A stretch of 60,796 nt of DNA, filler included, from 5 parts of 5 records of this genome joined end to end with filler, not necessarily neighbours in it, one strand, 5' to 3'. Positions 37,681-49,103 are shown, counted from the first letter of the whole stretch. Notes: a model not told the origin generated them from the letters alone. Numbers and translations: made by a program.

Positions 37681-40224
37681 ATGAAAACAGAAAGTAGAAG
37701 CAGCATAAAAATTAAAGTAGTATTAGGTTATATTTTTGTGTTTCTTGCAATTATAGCTTCTGTTTTTATTGCGTATAAGTCCTACAATAAATTACTTGAT
37801 TCTGTTATTTCTTTATCTAAACCAGATGCAGAAATTGCAAGAATGAACAGAGTTTTGACTAATTTGTCTGAAGCCGAAAACAAAATTAGAATTTACTCAC
37901 TTACCAAAAAGGAACGCTACCTGGCACATTATGCAGAGAATATTCTTGAGATTCAAGCTGATTTGGATTCCTTAAGATCTTTTAGTCCAGACAGTAGTAA
38001 ATCAATACTTTTAATTGATTCAATGAGCTTTTTATTAGAGGAAAGAGCCGAAAAATTGGAGGAGTTTGTAAGAATAAAAAGAGCTAGAGAAAGGGAAAAC
38101 CTAGCACAAAAAGCAATGCAGGAATTGAGTGTTGCCTCTGATTCTGCAAAAACGAAAATAAAAACTACAACCACAACAAAAACCTTTCTGGATACTGTGG
38201 TTACGCCTACCGAAGTAAAAGAAAAAAAGAAGGGACTGTTGGCTAGATGGTTCGGTAATAAAAAGGATACAATAAAAATTGATTCTATTGAAACGGTAAT
38301 AAAACGAACGGAAGTACAAGTAGATACAAGTTACTTGCCTCAGAGTGATAGCTTACTACGAAGCCTTGAAAACATGTTGTTAATTGCTCAGGAAAAGGAT
38401 AGACGTAACAGAGAATATGTTTCGAGAAAGGAGCTTAAATTGGTTGAAGAGAATTCCATAATGTGGGATAAAATAAAAATTCTACTTCGACAGCTTGAAG
38501 AGGAGCGTTTGGAACAGCTAACTACAGAATCGACTAAAGCAAAAGAGATTGCCAGCAATTCCATATTTATTATTTCAGTAATCATTATTGTCGGATTCGT
38601 TTTGGGTGTTCTATTCATCATTTTTATCCTTACTGATATTACCAAAAGTAATTATTACCGTAAGGAGTTGTTGTTAGCAAAAGGTAAGGCAGAAAAATTG
38701 GCAAAAGTAAAGGAGGAGTTTTTGGCTACAATGAGTCATGAAATTAGAACGCCGCTAAATGCGATTATCGGATTTACAAATCAACTGAATAAAACTTCAC
38801 TTGGAAGTAAACAGCAAAGTTTTGTTAGAGTTTTAAAGAGTTCATCGAAACATTTACTGGGATTGGTAAATGAAATACTAGATCTGTCAAAAATTGAAGC
38901 TGGAAAGTTAAGCATTGAAAATATTGCCTTTAATCCATTTAGCCTAACATCTGAGGTTTATGATGTACTGAAGGTGAATGCTACGAATAGGAATATTGAC
39001 TTTTCAATGAATTTTTCAGGTGACAAAGAACTTAAATTAAAGAGTGATCCATTTAGAATAAAGCAGATTTTGCTAAATATGGGATCCAATGCTATAAAAT
39101 TTACAGAAGAGGGTAGTGTGAAAATAATAGCCTCGGTTATTGCCGATAACGACAAGTATTTGTTTAAAGTGGATGTTGAAGATACTGGAATTGGAATAGA
39201 AGAAGATAAGCTAACTACTATTTTTGAAGACTTTAATCAGGCAGATTCATTTTCAGCAAGAAAGTATGGAGGAACAGGTTTGGGTCTTTCTATTAGTAAA
39301 AGGCTAGCCAATTTGTTAGATGGCAATTTATTTGTAGAGAGTGAGTTTGGTAAGGGATCTTGTTTTACTTTGCAGATTCCAATGTTTGAAGATACGATGC
39401 CTGTGGTTGAAACTAGTTTTACACCTGACGAGGAATTGTTACCAATTTTAAAGGTGAAAAAGTTTTTAATTGCTGATGATGATGAATACAGTTTGTTGCT
39501 TTTGAAAACTATTTTTACAAACTGGGATCTTAATGCGGATTTTGTAGAAAATGGTGAAATAGCCTGGAATTTGCTTCAGAAAAATAACTACGATATGGTA
39601 TTAACCGATATCCATATGCCAGTAATGGGAGGAATTGAGCTTTGTAGGAAAATTAGAAGTACAAATAATAATTTCGCCAATATTCCAATAGTTGCTTTAA
39701 CAGCCAATGTAAGAGAAACAGATTTAAAAGAATATATCGATTCAGGTATGACTGAATGTTTGGTAAAACCATTTGATGAAGCCATCTTAAACTCAATGCT
39801 TTCCGAATTGTTACTTGATAAGCAAAGTGATTCTTTAAAGGTGGTTGATGAAAAGGAATTAATAGCCGACGATATTCTGTATGATTTATCCCAAATTAAA
39901 CAATTTACTGCCGATGATTCGGATTTAATTCAGCAAATCTTAAATCAATTTATAGTATCTGCTAAGGAAAATTTGATTGATTTGAACAAAGCAAATAGGG
40001 AAGAAAACTATTTAGAGATTGGTTCCATCGCCCATAAAATGCTAAGCTCATTTACACAACTTAAGGTAGTTAATGTGATTCCATTACTTAAAGAATTGGA
40101 AGATTTACTGCACAAAAAATCCGGAAATGTTAATGATCCGGATTATATAAAAGAGTTGGTTGAAGAAGTACAACAAAACACAGATATTATAATATCATCT
40201 ATTCAAAAAGAGGTAACAGTTTAG
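37681..40224 (+). CDS. Hybrid sensor histidine kinase (periplasmic sensor-HisKA-HATPase-REC-HPt)
   Basis: Two TMs; MSHEIRTPLN; NAIKFT; DTGIG; GGTGLGL; LTDIHMP; AHKM HPt; ATG 37681. Confidence 0.92.
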   Translation: MKTESRSSIKIKVVLGYIFVFLAIIASVFIAYKSYNKLLDSVISLSKPDAEIARMNRVLTNLSEAENKIRIYSLTKKERYLAHYAENILEIQADLDSLRSFSPDSSKSILLIDSMSFLLEERAEKLEEFVRIKRARERENLAQKAMQELSVASDSAKTKIKTTTTTKTFLDTVVTPTEVKEKKKGLLARWFGNKKDTIKIDSIETVIKRTEVQVDTSYLPQSDSLLRSLENMLLIAQEKDRRNREYVSRKELKLVEENSIMWDKIKILLRQLEEERLEQLTTESTKAKEIASNSIFIISVIIIVGFVLGVLFIIFILTDITKSNYYRKELLLAKGKAEKLAKVKEEFLATMSHEIRTPLNAIIGFTNQLNKTSLGSKQQSFVRVLKSSSKHLLGLVNEILDLSKIEAGKLSIENIAFNPFSLTSEVYDVLKVNATNRNIDFSMNFSGDKELKLKSDPFRIKQILLNMGSNAIKFTEEGSVKIIASVIADNDKYLFKVDVEDTGIGIEEDKLTTIFEDFNQADSFSARKYGGTGLGLSISKRLANLLDGNLFVESEFGKGSCFTLQIPMFEDTMPVVETSFTPDEELLPILKVKKFLIADDDEYSLLLLKTIFTNWDLNADFVENGEIAWNLLQKNNYDMVLTDIHMPVMGGIELCRKIRSTNNNFANIPIVALTANVRETDLKEYIDSGMTECLVKPFDEAILNSMLSELLLDKQSDSLKVVDEKELIADDILYDLSQIKQFTADDSDLIQQILNQFIVSAKENLIDLNKANREENYLEIGSIAHKMLSSFTQLKVVNVIPLLKELEDLLHKKSGNVNDPDYIKELVEEVQQNTDIIISSIQKEVTV

Positions 40225-40227
40225 TTG

Positions 40228-41580
40228 TTATACCTCAATGCCATATTGTTTAATTTTATTGTAAAGGGTTTTACGATCAATATTTAAAAGTCTGGCAGCT
40301 TTCGATTTATTAAAGTTTACCTTTTGTAATGTGGAAATAATAAGCTCTTTTTCGTTGGCAGCCTGAATTAATTTTAAGTTCGAACCTTCTGTTACAATAT
40401 TATTCTGAACTTTCTCACTCATGATTTCGGTTGGTAAACTGATGAGTTCCACTTGCTCTCCTTGGCTCAATAAAACCGAGCGGCGCACAACATTGCGAAG
40501 TTCTCGCAAGTTACCAGGCCAGGAATAATCTTTAAATTTGTCGAGAACTTCATCTGAGAATTTTGAAATGCTCTTATTTAGTTCGTTATTCGATAAATCT
40601 AAAAAGTATTTTGCAAATATTTTGATGTCTTCTCCTCTGTTTCTAAGCGCTGGAACTGTTATTTTAAATTCGTTAAGGCGATGATATAAATCCTCTCGAA
40701 ACGTTCCTTTCTCTACAGACAATGCTAAATCTTCATTGGTAGCCACTACTATTCTAACATCTACATCCACATCTTTATTACTTCCAATTCTTCTGACTTT
40801 TCTTTCTTGTAATGCACGTAAAAGTTTCACTTGAATTTCGTAAGAAAGATTACCAATCTCATCAAGAAAAAGGGTACCACCTTTGGCAGCCTCAAATTGT
40901 CCTTCCTTATCGGTAATTGCTCCGGTAAATGAACCTTTTATATGACCAAAAAGTTCACTTCCTGCCAAATCGGTTGATAAAGCTCCACAATCTACAGCAA
41001 CAAAAACTTTACTTTTTCGATTACTTTCAGCGTGAATTCTTCTGGCTGCAATTTCTTTTCCAGTACCACTTTCTCCTTCAATGATAACGGACATATCAGT
41101 AGGTGCAACCAATCTAACGTATTGATCAATTTGGAGTGAACTCGAACTTTCTCCACGCACAAAATCAACGACAGGTTTTTTCTTTTTTATTATAGTTTTT
41201 GGAGTCTCTTGTTTTTCTTCAGCTTTCTCTAGCGCCGATTTGATTAGTAAAAGAATTTCATCAGGATTAAGAGGTTTGGTAACATACTCGAAAGCTCCCA
41301 TCTTAATTGCACTAACTGCAGTTCTAATATCTGCATACGAAGTCATGATGATAACCGGTACATGAGGATGCATTGCTTTTATTTTTTGCAATAACTCCAA
41401 TCCATCAAAATCAGGCAAACGAAAATCACTTAAAACCAAATCAAATTTGTCGATTTCAAGTTTCTTAATGGCTTCGCCAGCAGAAAAAACTGTATCAGCA
41501 TCAAAATTCTTTCGCTTAAGCAATCCCTGAAGCATCAGGCATATGGTAGCATCATCATCGATAATTAAAATTCTCTTCAT
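40228..41580 (-). CDS. Sigma54-dependent (NtrC-family) response regulator
   Basis: REC; GESGTGKE; GSFTGA; LFLDEIG; WPGNLREL; Fis HTH. Confidence 0.95.
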   Translation of the reverse strand: MKRILIIDDDATICLMLQGLLKRKNFDADTVFSAGEAIKKLEIDKFDLVLSDFRLPDFDGLELLQKIKAMHPHVPVIIMTSYADIRTAVSAIKMGAFEYVTKPLNPDEILLLIKSALEKAEEKQETPKTIIKKKKPVVDFVRGESSSSLQIDQYVRLVAPTDMSVIIEGESGTGKEIAARRIHAESNRKSKVFVAVDCGALSTDLAGSELFGHIKGSFTGAITDKEGQFEAAKGGTLFLDEIGNLSYEIQVKLLRALQERKVRRIGSNKDVDVDVRIVVATNEDLALSVEKGTFREDLYHRLNEFKITVPALRNRGEDIKIFAKYFLDLSNNELNKSISKFSDEVLDKFKDYSWPGNLRELRNVVRRSVLLSQGEQVELISLPTEIMSEKVQNNIVTEGSNLKLIQAANEKELIISTLQKVNFNKSKAARLLNIDRKTLYNKIKQYGIEV

Positions 41581-41768
41581 GCGGAAATGGATTGTTGTTC
41601 AGTATTCTGGAAGACTTTCAATGTAGTTATAGCCCATTAATCAAGCCTTTCAACCAAAATTACATAAAAAGAGCGGATGAAAGAAATCGTTCGGATTCTT
41701 TTATAATTAATTAAGATTTTGCTTTTCTCTTATAATTAAATCAGAATCCGATAGATATCTTAGAACTC

Positions 41769-43913
41769 TTATTTTTCGTTTGGTAATATAAAATCAAGTT
41801 GTTTTGCGACTAAATTGGCTTTTGCCACTTTAATAGAAATCTTATCACCCAATTGATAAATTTTACGATGATGACGACCAACAATGCAGTAATTGTCTTC
41901 ATCGAATTCGTAATAATCATCTTCTAATTCTCGAATAGACACCATTCCTTCACATTTATTTTCGTCGAGTTCAACGTAGAAACCCCATTCGGTAACTCCA
42001 GATATGGTTCCTTCGAATTCCTGCCCTAAATGTTCTTGCATGAATTCCACTTGTTTGTATTTGATTGATGCACGTTCTGCATTGGCGGCTTTTTGCTCCA
42101 TTTCGCTGCAATGCTGGCAGTATTCCTCATACTTATCAGCATTAACAGATTTACTACCATTAAAGTACTTCTCTAACAAGCGATGTACCATCATATCCGG
42201 GTAACGGCGAATAGGAGAAGTAAAATGTGAGTAATGATCGAAATGCAAACCATAATGACCAATATTTACAGTTGAGTATTCAGCTTTAGCCATAGAGCGT
42301 ATTGCAAGAGTTTCAACTAAATTTTGAATGTTTTCGCCTTTAACATCGTGTAATAATGTGTTTAAGGATGTTGAAATGGATGATGCATTGTTTGTTTTAA
42401 TGCCATATCCAAATTTGCGAATGAATTGATTAAAGGTATTTAGCTTTTCTGGGTTTGGCTGATCGTGAGTTCTGTAAATAAAGGTTTTTGCTTTTAAGCC
42501 TTTGGTAACTTTACCAATTTTTTCAGCAACTTTTTTGTTTGCCAAAAGCATAAATTCTTCAATCAACTTGTTCGAATCTTTCGATTCTTTAAAGAAAACA
42601 CGAGTCGGTTTTCCCTTTTCATCAATTTCAAATTTTACTTCGAATCGATCAAAATCAATAGCTCCTTTTTTAAATCTTTTCTCACGAAGTTGCTTTGCCA
42701 ATTTATCCAAACAAAGCACATCCTCTTTATAATCACCTTCTCCGGTTTCAATAATTTCCTGAGCTTCTTCGTAAGTAAATCTTCTGTTCGAATTAATTAC
42801 TGTTTTCCCAATCCAGGTATCAAGAATTTGAGCTTTTTCGTTCATTTCAAAAACTGCTGAAAAGGTAAGTTTTTCTTCATTCGGACGAAGAGAACAGACA
42901 CCATTCGACAATCTTTCCGGAAGCATTGGCACAACTCTATCTACCAGATAAACAGAAGTTGCTCTATCAAAAGCTTCTTGTTCTATAATACTCCCTTTTC
43001 TTACGTAATGGGTTACATCAGCAATGTGAACACCAACTTCCCAATTACCATTTTCTAAAGTTCTTAATGATAATGCATCATCAAAATCTTTTGCATCATG
43101 AGGATCAATGGTAAAAGTGGTGATGTCTCTAAAATCTCGGCGAATAGCAATTTCTTCTTCAGTAATCTCATCGGAGATTTCCTCAGCTGCATCGTTTACC
43201 TTTTGTGGGAATTCGTGAGGCAAATCAAATTCGGCAAGAATTGCATGCATTTCAGTATCATTATCGCCAGGTTTTCCAAGTACACTTATAATTTGTCCAA
43301 CTGGGTTTTTTGATTTTTTAGGCCATTCTGTGATTTGAGCAATCGCTTTATCTCCATTGTTGGCTCCATTTAGTTTGGAAAGTGGCAGAAAAATATCATA
43401 AGGCATTTGTCTGCCGGTAGGAACCAGAAATGCATAACTTGCCGAAATTTCTACAACTCCAACAAAAGTGGTTTTTTTACGCTTGATAATTTCTACAACT
43501 TCACCTTCAGGTTGCTTACTGCGCTTTTTGGCATATAAGTATACTTTTACAATATCACCATGCATGGCACGATTTAAGTTGGCTTGCGAAACAAAAACAT
43601 CTTCCTCAATATCTTCAGATACAATAAAAGCTGCACCTCTGGCGGTCATATCCACAGTACCTGTAATATGACCTATTTTTGATTTCATTTTAAATTTACC
43701 GGTTGATATTTCGGTGAGAAAATCAAGGTCAACTAAATCGAATAAAATTCCAACAATTAATTGCTTGATTCCCATATCTTTTATCTCCAGTTGTCTGGAG
43801 ATTTGTTTGTAGTTGAATGTTTTATCAGGATTATTGCTGAAAATCCCTACAATCAGTTTTTCTAAGCTTTTACGACTATATTTCGGTCCTGAATTTTTTC
43901 TTTTTTTTGTCAT
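41769..43913 (-). CDS. rnr: Ribonuclease R
   Basis: TIDPHDAKDFDDA, IEEFMLLAN, HFTSPIRRYPD, S1 domain. Confidence 0.96.
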   Translation of the reverse strand: MTKKRKNSGPKYSRKSLEKLIVGIFSNNPDKTFNYKQISRQLEIKDMGIKQLIVGILFDLVDLDFLTEISTGKFKMKSKIGHITGTVDMTARGAAFIVSEDIEEDVFVSQANLNRAMHGDIVKVYLYAKKRSKQPEGEVVEIIKRKKTTFVGVVEISASYAFLVPTGRQMPYDIFLPLSKLNGANNGDKAIAQITEWPKKSKNPVGQIISVLGKPGDNDTEMHAILAEFDLPHEFPQKVNDAAEEISDEITEEEIAIRRDFRDITTFTIDPHDAKDFDDALSLRTLENGNWEVGVHIADVTHYVRKGSIIEQEAFDRATSVYLVDRVVPMLPERLSNGVCSLRPNEEKLTFSAVFEMNEKAQILDTWIGKTVINSNRRFTYEEAQEIIETGEGDYKEDVLCLDKLAKQLREKRFKKGAIDFDRFEVKFEIDEKGKPTRVFFKESKDSNKLIEEFMLLANKKVAEKIGKVTKGLKAKTFIYRTHDQPNPEKLNTFNQFIRKFGYGIKTNNASSISTSLNTLLHDVKGENIQNLVETLAIRSMAKAEYSTVNIGHYGLHFDHYSHFTSPIRRYPDMMVHRLLEKYFNGSKSVNADKYEEYCQHCSEMEQKAANAERASIKYKQVEFMQEHLGQEFEGTISGVTEWGFYVELDENKCEGMVSIRELEDDYYEFDEDNYCIVGRHHRKIYQLGDKISIKVAKANLVAKQLDFILPNEK

Positions 43914-44045
43914 TTTGTATAAATCTTAATTAAGATTTGATTTGAAAAGAGGCTTTGAATTTAAAGTAAGAATAAAATTTGTATTTTGATTGCCGAAACC
44001 CTTTAATTAAACATTAAAAGTATATTTCTACGATCCGTTATAATT

Positions 44046-44873
44046 ATGAAAATGCCCTTTTCAAATAGTAATAAGTCAATATTAAATAGCCTTTTCTTTG
44101 TTGTTTTTAACTTGATTTTTCTCAACCTATCCTATGGAGCTGCGGTTCGGGATACGGTTAATCTTGTTGATGAAGAAAATCTTAAACAAGGATATTGGAT
44201 AGAATATTGTAATGCCACAAAGATACGAGAAGGAAACTACATTGACAATAAAAAGATAGGAATCTGGAAAAACTATCGTAAAACAGGCGTTTTATCGTAT
44301 ACTATTCGATTTACTAATGGGGTGCCAAATGGTGAAATGTGTTCCTATTATTCCGATGGAAAATTATTAGAGAAAGGAACTTGGGTTATAGATCATTGGG
44401 AAGGTGAGTATTACACTTATTTTGAAAATGGGAAATTGTCGGGGCATTTTTTCTTTAATAAATACGGTAAAAGAACTGGATATCAAGAATATTATCATGA
44501 AAATGGAGAACTGAAAATTTCTGGTTCCTGGAAAAATGGAAATAAGGAAGGTACAATAAATGAGTATTACAAGGATGGATCAGTAAAATGCAAGAAAGTA
44601 TTTTGTAAAGGAATGTCTAACCCAGAATTACAAGAGGAGTTTCCAAAAGGTATAAAATTAGCAGAAAAGAAAAATGGAAACTCTGAAAGTTCGATGTTTT
44701 CAGGGAATGGATATCATGTATTTTACAACAAAAATCAGCAAACTGATAGAGAAGGTGATTTTAAAAATGGCAAACTAATAAACGGTAAAAGATACTATTA
44801 CAGCCTGAAAGGAATTCTTCAAAAAACGGCTATCTATCAGAATTCTAAAGTTATTCGTTGGATTACTCACTAA
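44046..44873 (+). CDS. Exported MORN-variant repeat protein (YwqK-like)
   Basis: Repeated G.W..YY.NG.L units after a signal peptide. Confidence 0.8.
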   Translation: MKMPFSNSNKSILNSLFFVVFNLIFLNLSYGAAVRDTVNLVDEENLKQGYWIEYCNATKIREGNYIDNKKIGIWKNYRKTGVLSYTIRFTNGVPNGEMCSYYSDGKLLEKGTWVIDHWEGEYYTYFENGKLSGHFFFNKYGKRTGYQEYYHENGELKISGSWKNGNKEGTINEYYKDGSVKCKKVFCKGMSNPELQEEFPKGIKLAEKKNGNSESSMFSGNGYHVFYNKNQQTDREGDFKNGKLINGKRYYYSLKGILQKTAIYQNSKVIRWITH

Positions 44874-44932
44874 GAGCGATAATTTTTTATAATTTTACAG
44901 CCCCAATACAAATTCGAATTATTTTAACGGAT

Positions 44933-45515
44933 ATGGAAAATAAGTTGTTCATTTATAATACACTAAATCGTAAAAAAGAGTTGTTCGAACCAATTAATGC
45001 ACCGCATGTTGGTTTGTATGTGTGTGGTCCTACTGTATATGGTGATGCGCATTTGGGACATGCTCGTCCTGCAATTACTTTCGATTTACTATTCAGATAC
45101 CTTACTCATTTGGAGTATAAAGTGCGTTACGTAAGAAACATTACCGATGTGGGGCATCTTGTGAACGATGCTGATGAAGGGGAAGATAAAATTGCTAAAA
45201 AAGCAAGATTAGATCAACTTGAGCCAATGGAAGTGGTACAGTTTTTTACTGATCGCTATCATAAAGATATGGATGATTTGAATGTACGTAAGCCAAGTAT
45301 TGAGCCTCGTGCATCAGGACATATTATTGAGCAAATGGAAGTAATTGATAAATTACTTGAGAATGGATTTGCTTATGAAAGTGAAGGTTCGATTTATTTT
45401 GATGTGGAAGCATATAGCAAGAAACACAATTACGGTAAATTATCGGGACGCAAAATAGAAGATTTAATAGCGAATACTCGTGAGCTGGAAGGACAAAGTG
45501 AAAAGAAAAATTCTT
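44933..45515 (+). CDS. cysS: Cysteine--tRNA ligase, 3'-truncated
   Basis: [29 protein letters not shown] 44933. Confidence 0.95.
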
Positions 45516-45615
45516 NNNNNNNNNNNNNNNNNNNNNNNNNNNNNNNNNNNNNNNNNNNNTTAATTAATTAANNNNNNNNNNNNNNNNNNNNNNNNNNNNN
45601 NNNNNNNNNNNNNNN
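45516..45615. other. Artificial contig linker
   Basis: N44-TTAATTAATTAA-N44. Confidence 0.98.
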
Positions 45616-46567
45616 GGTAGGAATGCTTTCTACTTTAGGTATTACCTTAGCTACGGATGCTTTTGGTCCGATTGCAGATAATGCTGGTGGTAATGCGGAA
45701 ATGTCAGAGCTTCCGGCTGAGGTTCGTGAGAGAACAGATGCTTTGGATATGCTGGGAAATACCACAGCAGCCACAGGAAAAGGTTTTGCCATTGGTTCTG
45801 CAGCCTTAACAGCTATGGCTTTAATGGCAGCATATATGGAAGAAATTAAAATATGGTTAAAGCGTGCTTTAGTGGATGGAGAAACCGTTGTTCAAAACTC
45901 GATTCAATTTGTATTGGATTCGTCAGTGGAAGTGGCAGAAGGGGTAAAAGCTGTTGTTATCTCAGAAGCAACTTTAAAGGACTTTTCTACATTCTACGAT
46001 CTATCCTTATTTAATCCATTGTTGCTAGCCGGTTTGTTTATGGGCGCTATGATGGCCTTTGTGTTTTGCGCCATGACTATGAAAGCTGTGGGAAGAGCCG
46101 CAGGTTCTATGGTAGATGAGGTTCGTCGTCAGTTTAAGGAGATACCCGGGATTTTAGAAGGAACTGGTACGCCTGAATATGCTAAATGTGTGGCTATCTC
46201 GACCAGAGGGGCACAGCGAGAAATGTTGGTGCCATCTTTATTAGCCATTGTGGTACCTATTGTTGTTGGAATTATATTTGGTGTTGCAGGTGTGGTAGGA
46301 TTATTAATGGGAGGTTTAACCACAGGGTTTACCTTAGCTATCTTTTTAAATAATGCTGGTGGGGCATGGGATAATGCTAAAAAGTATATTGAAAAAGGTA
46401 ATTATGGAGGTAAAGGTAGTGATGCGCATAAAGCAGGAGTAGTAGGTGATACTGTGGGTGATCCATTCAAAGATACATCCGGTCCATCTCTAAATATCTT
46501 AATTAAATTAATGACTATGGTAAGTGTGGTGATGAGCGGTTTAACCGTAGCATTTGCGATATTCTAG
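45616..46567 (+). CDS. hppA: Membrane Na+(H+)-translocating pyrophosphatase, K+-dependent type, 5'-truncated
   Basis: [18 protein letters not shown] (Ala, K+-dependent type), [23 protein letters not shown]. Confidence 0.93.
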
Positions 46568-46699
46568 CATATTAAATGGATTGTTAGATTTTAGACAAAG
46601 ACTTGAGACTTGTTTACAAGATGCTAACTCTATAAACTATCTAACAAATATAAAAACCTCAACGGATTGCTGAGTAAAATTAAGTTTTTAAAATTTCAT

Positions 46700-46732
46700 A
46701 ACCCGGCACTGGTTTTTCAGGCCGGGTTTTTA
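46700..46732 (+). terminator. Intrinsic terminator after PPase
   Basis: AACCCGGC..GCCGGGTT plus T-run. Confidence 0.75.
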
Positions 46733-46782
46733 TATATCTGCGCTATACTTTTTATTATCTTGATGTACTAAAAGATGACTGT

Positions 46783-47727
46783 ATGATTTTACCTACTTTT
46801 TCAGATGTTGAAGAGGCTTATGTTCGAATTGAGCCCTATGCACATCTAACTCCGGTGTTAACCTGTTCGGCATTAAATGCTATAACAGGAGCTGAATTAT
46901 TTTTTAAATGTGAGAATTTTCAAAAAGTAGGTGCTTTTAAGTTCAGAGGAGCTTGTAATGCAGTATTTGCTTTAAGTGAGGAGCAGGCCGATAGAGGTAT
47001 TGCTACGCACTCATCAGGAAATCATGCCGCAGCTTTGGCTTTAGCTGCCAAATTACGAGGAACACATGCTTACATTGTCATGCCAAAAAATGCACCGGAG
47101 ATTAAAAAGAAAGCCGTAGGTAGTTATGGTGGAGTGATTACCTTTTGTGAGCCTACCTTAATCGATCGTGAAGAAACACTGGATAAAATTATTCATGAAT
47201 CCGGGGCTTTAATGGTTCATCCATACAATCAACTGGAAGTAATAGCAGGTCAAGGAACTTGTGCTTTGGAGTTTATGCAGCAACAAAATGATTTGGAGGT
47301 GATGATGGCACCTGTAGGCGGGGGTGGTTTATTGAGTGGGACATCTATTACAGCAAAATATTTAAATCCGGATATTGAGGTGATTGGTGCTGAGCCGGAA
47401 GGTGCAGATGATGCTTATCGCTCTTTTAAGAGCAATGAAAGATTACCCATGTCCAATCCTCAAACCATAGCAGATGGTTTGTTAACTGCCTTAGGAACAC
47501 TGACGTTTGAACTTATTACTAAAAATGTGGATGATATTTTTACAGTAAGCGAAGAAAGCATCATCAAAGCCATGCGTTTGATTTGGGAAAGAATGAAAAT
47601 TGTAGTGGAACCTTCAAGTGCTGTGCCCTTGGCTGTAGTGATGGAAAATAAAGCACGGTTTAAAGGTAAAAAAGTAGGAATTATCCTAACAGGTGGTAAT
47701 GTGGATGTTGAGAAGTTGCCTTTTTAA
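46783..47727 (+). CDS. PLP-dependent serine racemase / Ser-Thr dehydratase family
   Basis: KCENFQKVGAFKFRGA, SSGNHA, PVGGGGL, TGGN. Confidence 0.88.
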   Translation: MILPTFSDVEEAYVRIEPYAHLTPVLTCSALNAITGAELFFKCENFQKVGAFKFRGACNAVFALSEEQADRGIATHSSGNHAAALALAAKLRGTHAYIVMPKNAPEIKKKAVGSYGGVITFCEPTLIDREETLDKIIHESGALMVHPYNQLEVIAGQGTCALEFMQQQNDLEVMMAPVGGGGLLSGTSITAKYLNPDIEVIGAEPEGADDAYRSFKSNERLPMSNPQTIADGLLTALGTLTFELITKNVDDIFTVSEESIIKAMRLIWERMKIVVEPSSAVPLAVVMENKARFKGKKVGIILTGGNVDVEKLPF

Positions 47728-49103
47728 TTTAAAATTAAGGTAAAAGTTGTGTTTTGCGAGCTTGAATGCACTTTTAATGATCCACCGTGCAAACGCATTA
47801 TTTGTTTCGAAAGACTTAAACCAATTCCGCTTCCATTTTCTTTTGTAGAATAGAATGGAACAAATATTTCATTTAATACATCCTGAGGAATCTGAGGTCC
47901 GTTATTTTGAATTGAGATTTCTGTTTGGTTCTGTATCGTTTCTTGAACCTCAATAATTATTTCCGGATTGAGTGTTTTCTCTAAGGCTTCAAAACCATTC
48001 TTAAAAATATTAATAACAACCTGAGAAAGAAGTTTTTCATCTGCATTTACTTCAATATCTTTATTATCCATCTGCAATTTAATGTTTACATCTGTTCCAT
48101 ATGATCCTGCCCGACTTAAGAGGATGTTTTTTTCAAGAAAAGCATGTAGTGGAATAATTGATTTATTAGGCTTGGGCAATCGGGTTAGTTTGCGATAAAG
48201 GTCAACAAACTTGATTAAGCCAACACCTTGCTCATTAATGACACATAAACCGCGCACTGTTGTTTGAATGACAGATTCATCAATATCATCTTTTGAAACG
48301 GGAGAACCATTTTGTGTAAATAAGCCAGAAAGACTATCTGCCAGGGAAGTAATGGGCGCAATACCATTCATTATTTCATGGGTAAGCACACGTATAAGTT
48401 TTAAATAAGAATCCAGTTCCTTTTCGTCCAACTGCTGATCGATATTTTGTAAGCTTAATAACATCATTTGTTTCTCTTGCTGAAAAAATGGAACTGATTT
48501 AAGTAATATATTTTGTTTCTGTTTCCCACTATCGAGCTGAAACAATTGCTGTTGCTGAGATTTCATTTCAACTACTGTTTGGAAAAAATCGCTATTTACT
48601 TTATTCAGCTGCTTAATATGACTTAATTGTGAAAGATGCAACAGCTCCCTGGCAGTGGCATTGGCATGAATAATAAAACCATTTTCATCATAGGTCAATA
48701 CGCCAATACTGATATGCTCGATGAGTGCTTTAAAATACTGCTCTTTTTGTTCGTTTTCCTGAATAGAGTTTTTAACTTTTGTATGGACTCTATTCAGGTT
48801 TCTGTATATCTTTTTTAAAGATGAACTATTAAAGTGCTGATTTGAATGGACGCTAAAATCATCGTTCAAAATGGCTTCTAGATAATAGTTGATATGATCT
48901 GGCACTTTGTTCAGAAGCCGAAAAAACCAGGGTATAGAAAAGACTATTGTAAAACCAATTACTATTGTACTAGCATAATGCCAATATAAAATACTATATG
49001 TACTTAATGCGCTTAAGGATATAATCCATAAGATGAATAAAAAATTTTTAAGCTTGTAGTTTTTAAGCATATCCAAGTAGTTTGAACAATTAATTAATTC
49101 CAA
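47724..49103 (-). CDS. PAS sensor histidine kinase (NtrY-like)
   Basis: Two TMs; PAS; LTHEIMN; FYSTKENGSGIGLSL. Confidence 0.9.
   Translation of the reverse strand: MELINCSNYLDMLKNYKLKNFLFILWIISLSALSTYSILYWHYASTIVIGFTIVFSIPWFFRLLNKVPDHINYYLEAILNDDFSVHSNQHFNSSSLKKIYRNLNRVHTKVKNSIQENEQKEQYFKALIEHISIGVLTYDENGFIIHANATARELLHLSQLSHIKQLNKVNSDFFQTVVEMKSQQQQLFQLDSGKQKQNILLKSVPFFQQEKQMMLLSLQNIDQQLDEKELDSYLKLIRVLTHEIMNGIAPITSLADSLSGLFTQNGSPVSKDDIDESVIQTTVRGLCVINEQGVGLIKFVDLYRKLTRLPKPNKSIIPLHAFLEKNILLSRAGSYGTDVNIKLQMDNKDIEVNADEKLLSQVVINIFKNGFEALEKTLNPEIIIEVQETIQNQTEISIQNNGPQIPQDVLNEIFVPFYSTKENGSGIGLSLSKQIMRLHGGSLKVHSSSQNTTFTLILN

Noticed and set aside
44046-44873. Toxin-antitoxin module (YwqK label)
   Set aside because: Exported MORN-repeat protein with no adjacent toxin gene.
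44858-44932. Upstream in-frame start extensions in the ORF track (cysS 44858; also 2303, 31499, 35822, 37591)
   Set aside because: Non-ATG starts; downstream ATGs fit expected N-termini or signal peptides better.
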